Assembly: GCA_963771175.1 (NCBI GenBank)
Contig: CAVYSY010000052.1
Location: forward strand, 128,001-192,000
From: an uncultured delta proteobacterium
GTDB taxonomy: Bacteria; Myxococcota; Myxococcia; Myxococcales; Myxococcaceae
Reading direction: 5' to 3'
Length of the DNA stretch: 64,000 bases
Both the position numbers and the translations under genes were made by a program. The notes beneath the pieces were generated by a model. The model saw nothing but the letters and a program-made list of their open reading frames with translations. It was not told where the DNA came from and searched no databases. Below, piece after piece: positions 58,350 through 64,000 of this stretch (the first letter of the stretch is position 1; every line of letters begins with the position of its first letter).

Positions 58350-59066
58350 TCAGCGCGGGGGGAGCCTCTTCTGCGAGCCGCCGAACTTGAAGATAGGGCC
58401 CGAGAGCTCCAGCTGGACGTAGTTGCGCGGGAGCCGCTCCGCCTCGAGGCCCAAGGAGACGTTCTGTTCGACCACGATGTCCGCGCCGAGGATGTGGTTG
58501 TAGGTCACCCCGAGACGGAGGCCGCCGAAGTCGATGCCGAGCTGCGGCGCGATACCGTAGAACCGGCCGCCCGACTGAGAGACACCCGCTCCACCGCTCC
58601 CCGCGCTCACGCTCTGACCGGCGAGCACGTACATGCCGCCTCCAAAGCCGGCGAACGGACGAACGCCGGAGCTCCCGAGGAGGAGCTCCGCCTTGACGAG
58701 CGAGGCCGATGAAGCCCCGAGCGCGACCGTCGTGTTCCCAGCCGGCACGATGCGGCCGCCGAACACGACGCCACCATCGATCCGAAAACCCACCGCGAAC
58801 CAATCGGTGACGTTCCACTTCGGCTCGACCACCGCCCCGATTCCGTAGCTCTTCGTGCCGTAGCCCCAGAGGCCGGCCACGCCCGCGTGGACGACGAGGA
58901 GCGGCTGCTTGCGCTCACTGGGCGCCTCGCCCGTCATCGCGGACGCCTCGGGCCGATCAGCCGCCTCGACCGCGGGGGCACTGCTCGGAGAGGCGAAGAC
59001 GCAGAGGGGCAGCAGCGTGGCAACCAGCACGGCGCTGGCGTGTAGCTGGGACAATGCACGGTTCAT
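58350..59066 (-). CDS. Outer-membrane beta-barrel protein
   Basis: Signal ending VFA; EPKWNVTD, VRPFAGFGGG, GIAPQLG, GVTYNHI. Confidence 0.75.
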   Translation of the reverse strand: MNRALSQLHASAVLVATLLPLCVFASPSSAPAVEAADRPEASAMTGEAPSERKQPLLVVHAGVAGLWGYGTKSYGIGAVVEPKWNVTDWFAVGFRIDGGVVFGGRIVPAGNTTVALGASSASLVKAELLLGSSGVRPFAGFGGGMYVLAGQSVSAGSGGAGVSQSGGRFYGIAPQLGIDFGGLRLGVTYNHILGADIVVEQNVSLGLEAERLPRNYVQLELSGPIFKFGGSQKRLPPR

Positions 59067-59264
59067 CGAAAATCCTCGGGCGTTGATGTTGAAGCGGCTC
59101 GTGGACGATCGATTGTGCGGAATATTCACGTGAAGTGCGACCAGGCCCAGCGTCACGAGTGCGGAGAGAGGGAAGCAGGCAGGAGAGCCGCACGGCGGGG
59201 AGTCTCCTCGAGGGAGCCCACCCTGGGGCTAGACTCCAGCACTCCTCCGTTTGATGGATTTCGG

Positions 59265-60161
59265 GTGACGCCAAACGAAACATGGGGCCACGCCTCGCGG
59301 GCGCTGCGGCGACTGGGAGATACCGGCCTCCTCCTCCCCGCATCGGGAGCGGGGATGGTGACGATGCTGGCGCTGGCATGTACCGGCCGCGTCTCGGTCC
59401 CGCTGGCGCTGACGGTGGGGCTGCTCGTGTACTGCAGCTACCTCATCGACTTCGTGGGGGAGATAAACCAGTTCAAGCCGGAGTTGGCCTCCGCGCGCAC
59501 CCGGCTGCTGGCTCGCCGCCGTCACCTCCTGCTGCTGGGGGGCGCGGCGCTGCTGGGGGCGATGGTGCTGACGGGGGCCTTCGCCGGAGCGCTGCTCGCC
59601 GCCAGCCTGCTCCTCTATCCGATAGCCGTGGTGCTCTATGGACTGCCGGTGCTGTCGCGGCTGCCGTGGAGGTTCACCCGGCTCAAGGACGTGCCCTACC
59701 TCAAGGCCTTCTACGTCGCCTGCTTCTGGGCGCTCCTGGCGCCGTTCACCCTGGCCTTCCTGGGGCTTCACCGGCCCGGCACGGCGCTCGGTCATGCCGT
59801 GCTCCTCTTCGTGCGCACCTTCATGAGCATCAACCTCTGCGACCTGAAGGACGTGGAGCGGGACCGGCAGGCCGGTGTCCGCACGCTCGTGCTCGCGCTG
59901 GGGGAGACGCGGCTGTTGCGGTGGCTGCGGGGGATGAACCTGCTGACGCTTCCCTTGCTGCTGGGCCTCGTGCTCGCCGGGGCCGTTCCCCCCGCGATGC
60001 TCTTCCTGGGGCTCACGCTGGGCTGGTTCGCCCTGGCGCTGCGGCTGATGGAGCGCCGGGCCGCCGAGCCCGAGTTCATCTGCGCCATCTTCGTGGACGG
60101 AGAGTGGATTCTCTGGCCCGCCTATCTGCTACTCGGCATGTGGCTGCTGGACCCTGGGTGA
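59265..60161 (+). CDS. UbiA-family prenyltransferase
   Basis: Multi-pass; RLKDVPYLK..VA..W; Asp-rich CDLKDVERDRQAGVRTL; first Asp motif degenerate (YLIDFVGE); start uncertain. Confidence 0.8.
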   Translation: MTPNETWGHASRALRRLGDTGLLLPASGAGMVTMLALACTGRVSVPLALTVGLLVYCSYLIDFVGEINQFKPELASARTRLLARRRHLLLLGGAALLGAMVLTGAFAGALLAASLLLYPIAVVLYGLPVLSRLPWRFTRLKDVPYLKAFYVACFWALLAPFTLAFLGLHRPGTALGHAVLLFVRTFMSINLCDLKDVERDRQAGVRTLVLALGETRLLRWLRGMNLLTLPLLLGLVLAGAVPPAMLFLGLTLGWFALALRLMERRAAEPEFICAIFVDGEWILWPAYLLLGMWLLDPG

Positions 60162-60168
60162 CCCCATC

Positions 60169-60831
60169 ATGAATCGCGAGTCCCTCGACTTCTTCTCCCC
60201 CTCACTGCTGCTCCCCATCGTCTTCTCGCTGCTCAGCTGGCTCACCGTCTACGTGCTCATCATCCGCAAGGGGCTGGTGGAGCGAACGTACGCGATGCCG
60301 CTGCTGCCCTTGTGCGTGAACCTCTCGTATGAGTTCTTCTTCGGGTTCATCCGCCCGGACGCGCCGCCCATCAACTACGTCAACATCAGCTGGTTTCTGT
60401 TCGACCTGGGAATTGTCTTCACCTACCTGCGCTTCGGGGCGAAGGAGTTCCCCGCCGTGCTCCCCCGCTCCTGGTTCCTCCCCTCGTTCGTCGCCGTCCT
60501 CGCCCTGGCCTTCGCCGGCGTGGCGGCGATGACGTATGAGTTCAAGGACTGGACCGGCAGCTACACGGGGTGGGGCGCGAACACGCTGATGTCGGCTGCG
60601 TACATCGCCCTGCTGCTGCGGCGGGGGAGCACGGCCGGGCAGTCCATGTATATCGGCCTGTTCCGGCTCATCGGGAGCGCGGCGCTCATCTCCGTGGAGA
60701 TGCGCATCAGTCCGAACAGCGTTCTGCTGCCATTCTTCTATGTGGCCTTCGTCCTGTTGGACCTGACGTACCTTTTCCTCCTCCACGGCCAGTTCGTGAG
60801 GGAGGGAAAGAAGCCCTGGCGGATCGCGTAG
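60169..60831 (+). CDS. Pyr4/PaxB/XiaH-family integral-membrane terpene cyclase
   Basis: 220 aa, about seven TM; W..VY...IRKG...TYAMP..LCVNLSYE, WFLFD, RGSTAGQS, C-terminal D..Y. Confidence 0.78.
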   Translation: MNRESLDFFSPSLLLPIVFSLLSWLTVYVLIIRKGLVERTYAMPLLPLCVNLSYEFFFGFIRPDAPPINYVNISWFLFDLGIVFTYLRFGAKEFPAVLPRSWFLPSFVAVLALAFAGVAAMTYEFKDWTGSYTGWGANTLMSAAYIALLLRRGSTAGQSMYIGLFRLIGSAALISVEMRISPNSVLLPFFYVAFVLLDLTYLFLLHGQFVREGKKPWRIA

Positions 60832-60880
60832 CGCACGCCTTCTGGCGTACCAACCCCCTTCAGGGAAGTCGAGTAGGAGC

Positions 60881-61423
60881 TTGGCGGGTCACGTCATGAA
60901 GGAGGTCCTCGATGGTGGGGACGCGCGGAGACATTCTTCCGGCTCCTGGCCAAGTGCCACCCGAGCTATGCTCGGTTGTGGGTCGAAGGCGGAGTTCGCG
61001 CCGAACTTCCTGTGGCTCTTCTTTCCCACGGAGGCCCCAGGTCATGAGCGCATGGTCAGCGCGCCCATCGTCGCGAGCATCATGGGCGCCATCGCGGTGG
61101 CCTGGGAGCCGGAGTGGGCCCTCTCGACAGAGGACAGTCTCTGGGACCAGCTCTCCGGTGGCAGTCGGATCGGCTGCTTCCTGGGGTGGATGACGTACTT
61201 CTCGCGTGAGCGGGGAGAGGTGCCCGCCCTGCCCGCGCCCGCGCGCGTGGAGCCGGTAGACGACAAGGGCACGCTCGTCACGCTGACGCCCGAGCGGCTC
61301 ACCGCGAGCAATCCCGAGCACGTGGCCCTCGCCTGGCGCGTCCAGAAGCTGCTCGAAGAGCGAGGACTGCTCAAGCGGGTGGTCGAGCCCCTGCTGTCGT
61401 GCGGCCATGAAGGAGTTACGTGA
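60881..61423 (+). CDS. Imm52-like immunity protein, probably N-terminally truncated orphan
   Basis: AWEPEW, GWMTYFS..RG.VPALPAPARVEPV.DKGTLV.LTPER.TASNPEHV. Confidence 0.7.
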   Translation: MAGHVMKEVLDGGDARRHSSGSWPSATRAMLGCGSKAEFAPNFLWLFFPTEAPGHERMVSAPIVASIMGAIAVAWEPEWALSTEDSLWDQLSGGSRIGCFLGWMTYFSRERGEVPALPAPARVEPVDDKGTLVTLTPERLTASNPEHVALAWRVQKLLEERGLLKRVVEPLLSCGHEGVT

Positions 61424-61517
61424 GCAGTACCGGGCCTTCGTCGCGGCGCGATGAGGTCCAGCGCGGGGGGCAGATACTTTTCTGGCAAATGGCAATTGGA
61501 GGGTATGAGGAACGCCC

Positions 61518-62000
61518 ATGAGCGACGAGCGCACGCCTGCCGAGCCCGAAGTCATGGAGCCCACGTTCTGGCGGAAGAACGGCTGGACGGCCAGGGTCAT
61601 CAAGAACGAGGAGGACGACGGCTGGGCCGTGGAAATCCGCAAGCAGGGGATCGCCGAGCCCGTCCTCATCAGTCCGTGGGTGATGGGCCGCGATAAGAAG
61701 AACCCCAAGCCCTTCGATGCGACGGCGTTCTCGACCTTCGTGAAAACGGCCTCGGAGGTCCTGGACCGCTCCGCGCGACAGCGCGAGCAGGCCATGACCA
61801 AGAAGCTCTCCATCGCCTGGGAGGGCCGCTGGTACGAGGTTCGGCTCGAGCTCGTGGCCGATGAGTATGAGCCCCACGCGCTGCTCTCAGCCGTCGACGA
61901 CGCTGGCACGACCGTCGCGAAGCATCGCGTGCCCGTGACCTTCAAGTTCAACAGAGACGTCGCCAACGAGTGGGTGCGCGGCGGCTTCTGCGAGCCCTGA
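61518..62000 (+). CDS. Conserved-looking hypothetical protein, 160 aa
   Basis: GAGG RBS; WTARVIKNEEDDGWAV..EPVL.SPW.MGRDKKNPKP..F.T.VKTA. Confidence 0.8.
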   Translation: MSDERTPAEPEVMEPTFWRKNGWTARVIKNEEDDGWAVEIRKQGIAEPVLISPWVMGRDKKNPKPFDATAFSTFVKTASEVLDRSARQREQAMTKKLSIAWEGRWYEVRLELVADEYEPHALLSAVDDAGTTVAKHRVPVTFKFNRDVANEWVRGGFCEP

Positions 62001-62879
62001 GCTGGCTGGGCTTGCCCCGGTTACGTGGACAGTAGGGGTATACGCGCTAGACGCTACGGGAGTTGCGCGAGCAGTACCGTGGCTTCGTCGCGAAGTTCCG
62101 AGCGGCGGCGGATCGATGGAGGCGGGGGAATTCTTCGGCCCCCCTTTAAATTTTGACACCCTCTCGGGCCGGGCCGGGCACGAACCCTTTGACACCTTCC
62201 GAGTGGCTGCTCGGCGGAGGTGCCTTCGAGTCTTCGAGTAGCGATGCCGAGCCTGCGCTTTACCGGACTCCCCTGAAGCGGTTAGGAGAAGTGCAGGGGC
62301 AGTCGCACCAGGCCGCGCACCTGGGCACCCGGGCGCCATTGGAGCTGCTCGAGCGGCTCGACGCCGGAGTTGGAGGTGGCGCCCCTGCCGTGTTGGGAAG
62401 GACTGGGTACCGGGCCTTGTCGAGGTGTTCCGAGAGGCGGCGGCTCGGTGGAGGAGGGGGACTTCTCAGCGAGCTTTCCGCTCTTCTTCTTCCCGCCGCG
62501 TGTCGTGCTGGATCGCGTCGCGCGAGTTCTTTGACACCCTCTTTGGAGCCCATAAGAGGAATGGGGGCCTCTCTCGATGTGATTTAATTTTGCTGAACAG
62601 GTGTGACTTCAAGCAAGAGATAGCCCAGCGTCGTCGTATCGGTCGCATCCATCCAGCCAAAGTGGTAATCCCCCGCCAGCTTGATTGGCTTACCATAGCT
62701 ACCCGTCCTGTAGGTCAATGTGGTGCCGGCTTTGTATGACTGTCCATTTCGAAAGTCGAAATCGCTGGTCTCGGCTGAATATGATGCCTGCGTGATATAG
62801 TGAAGGTGATCAGTCGCAACAAGCATGAACCCCAAGTCTGCGACATCATGGCATTGCTCAAGACGCGCGATGGTGAGGC

Positions 62880-64000
62880 TCACTTGATGCCGTGCCGCCG
62901 CAGCAGGCGGTACAGGTACACGCGGTCCATGTCCGCGCCGGTGGCCGCCTGGGACACCTTGCCCTGGTGCAGCTCCAGCAGCGCGCGCAGGTAGCGCCGC
63001 TCGAAGTCGTCCAGCGCCAGCCGCCTCGCCTCCGCGTAGGGCACCTTCGGGTCCACCTCGAAGCGGCTGCCCGCCGGTGTCACATCCGAGAGCGCCAGTG
63101 TGTCCTCGAACACCAGACACCGCTCCAGGTAGTTGCGCAGCTCGCGCACGTTGCCCGGCCATGCCGCCTGCTCCAGCCGCGCGATGAACTCCGGCGAGCG
63201 CAGCGCCTGCGTCCGCTCCGGCTCCGCCCCCAGCGAGGTCAGCACCTGCTCCACCAGGAACTTCAGGTCCTCGGGCCGCTGGCGCACGGGCGGCAGGGGA
63301 ATGCGCAGCACCGCCAGCCGGAAGAAGAGGTCCGAGCGGAACCGTCCCGCGTTCACCTCGGCGCGCAGGTCCCGGTTGGTGGCGGCGATGATGCGCACGT
63401 CCACGGGCACGTAGTTGTTGGTGCCCACCCGGCGGATTTCCCGCGCCTCCAGCACGCGCAGCAGCTTGGGCTGGAGCTCCGCGGGCAGCTCGCCCATCTC
63501 GTCGAGGAAGAGGGTGCCGCCGTGGGCCTCCTCGAAGGCGCCGATGCGCCGGTTGGCCGCGCCGGTGAAGGCCCCCTTCTCGTGGCCGAACAGCTCGCTC
63601 TCCAGCAGGTCCGGGGGGATGGCGCCGCAGTCCACGGTGAGGAAGGGCTTGTCGCGGCGGGCACTCTCCTGGTGGATGGCCTGGGCCGCCTGGCTCTTGC
63701 CGGTGCCCGTCTCGCCCTCGAGCAGCACCGTCACGTCCTTGCTGGCCGCGCGCTCCAGCAGGGCGAAGCACATGCGCATCGGCACCGAGACGCCCACCAG
63801 CGAGCCGAAGCGCGTACGCTCGGACACCTGCAACCGGTTGCTGTCGGAGCTGAAATCGAAGCGAACCACCGCGCGGCCCAGCCGCAGGAGGCTCCCGCCT
63901 CGCAGGTACCCGTCGGCCACCTGCACGCCGTCGAGGATGATGCCGTTGGTGCTGTCCAGGTCCTTCACCCGCGCGCCCTTGGGGCCCACGCGAATCTCAC
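62880..64000 (-). CDS. Sigma54-dependent enhancer-binding protein with FHA domain (5' end outside window)
   Basis: [53 protein letters not shown]-terminal HTH. Confidence 0.93.
   Translation of the reverse strand, partial: EIRVGPKGARVKDLDSTNGIILDGVQVADGYLRGGSLLRLGRAVVRFDFSSDSNRLQVSERTRFGSLVGVSVPMRMCFALLERAASKDVTVLLEGETGTGKSQAAQAIHQESARRDKPFLTVDCGAIPPDLLESELFGHEKGAFTGAANRRIGAFEEAHGGTLFLDEMGELPAELQPKLLRVLEAREIRRVGTNNYVPVDVRIIAATNRDLRAEVNAGRFRSDLFFRLAVLRIPLPPVRQRPEDLKFLVEQVLTSLGAEPERTQALRSPEFIARLEQAAWPGNVRELRNYLERCLVFEDTLALSDVTPAGSRFEVDPKVPYAEARRLALDDFERRYLRALLELHQGKVSQAATGADMDRVYLYRLLRRHGIK

Noticed and set aside
62116..62133. TGGAGGCGGGGGAATTC as the reverse complement of a tRNA/tmRNA 3' end (att site)
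   Set aside because: Match too short, no T-arm GTTCGA context, and no integrase nearby
62153..62587. 144-aa plus-strand ORF
   Set aside because: TTG start without RBS, atypical composition and no recognisable motif; left unannotated

Overview
High-GC window that reads as myxobacterial (Cystobacterineae-like). The basis is MYXO-CTERM-type tails, Hanks-type Ser/Thr kinases, an FHA-sigma54 activator and an AgmC-like surface protein; the taxon is inferred. It holds about 60 genes or gene relics. Housekeeping and accessory functions include Trk K+ uptake, an MFS transporter, a nitronate monooxygenase, an orphan CheB, a di-heme peroxidase, bioMNY, ndh, a PilT paralogue, MocR and LysR regulators and a sugar ABC ATPase. 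At least nine genes carry 1-bp frameshifts, dense at about 15-19.3 kb, which look like long-read assembly errors. I saw no rRNA, tRNA, CRISPR array or intact transposase. The most interesting candidates are: (1) a four-gene operon at 43.1-45.7 kb with a monoheme lipoprotein, YceI, a Cyc2-like cytochrome-porin fusion and a MYXO-CTERM-anchored monoheme protein, possibly an outer-membrane electron conduit; (2) a complete eboABCDEF set split into two convergent operons, followed by a second UbiA prenyltransferase and a Pyr4/XiaH-type membrane terpene cyclase, possibly an undescribed meroterpenoid pathway, bracketed by low-GC debris; (3) two small operons led by ADP-ribosyltransferase-like genes (1.2-3.0 kb and 49.9-50.8 kb), possibly toxin or defence modules; (4) a kinase-STAND-TPR / Cys-rich lipoprotein / kinase triad; (5) a peptidoglycan-binding, Tlde1-like protein behind a sigma28-like promoter; (6) a 27-bp palindrome present three times. 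All family calls come from motif recognition by eye; no database search was run.
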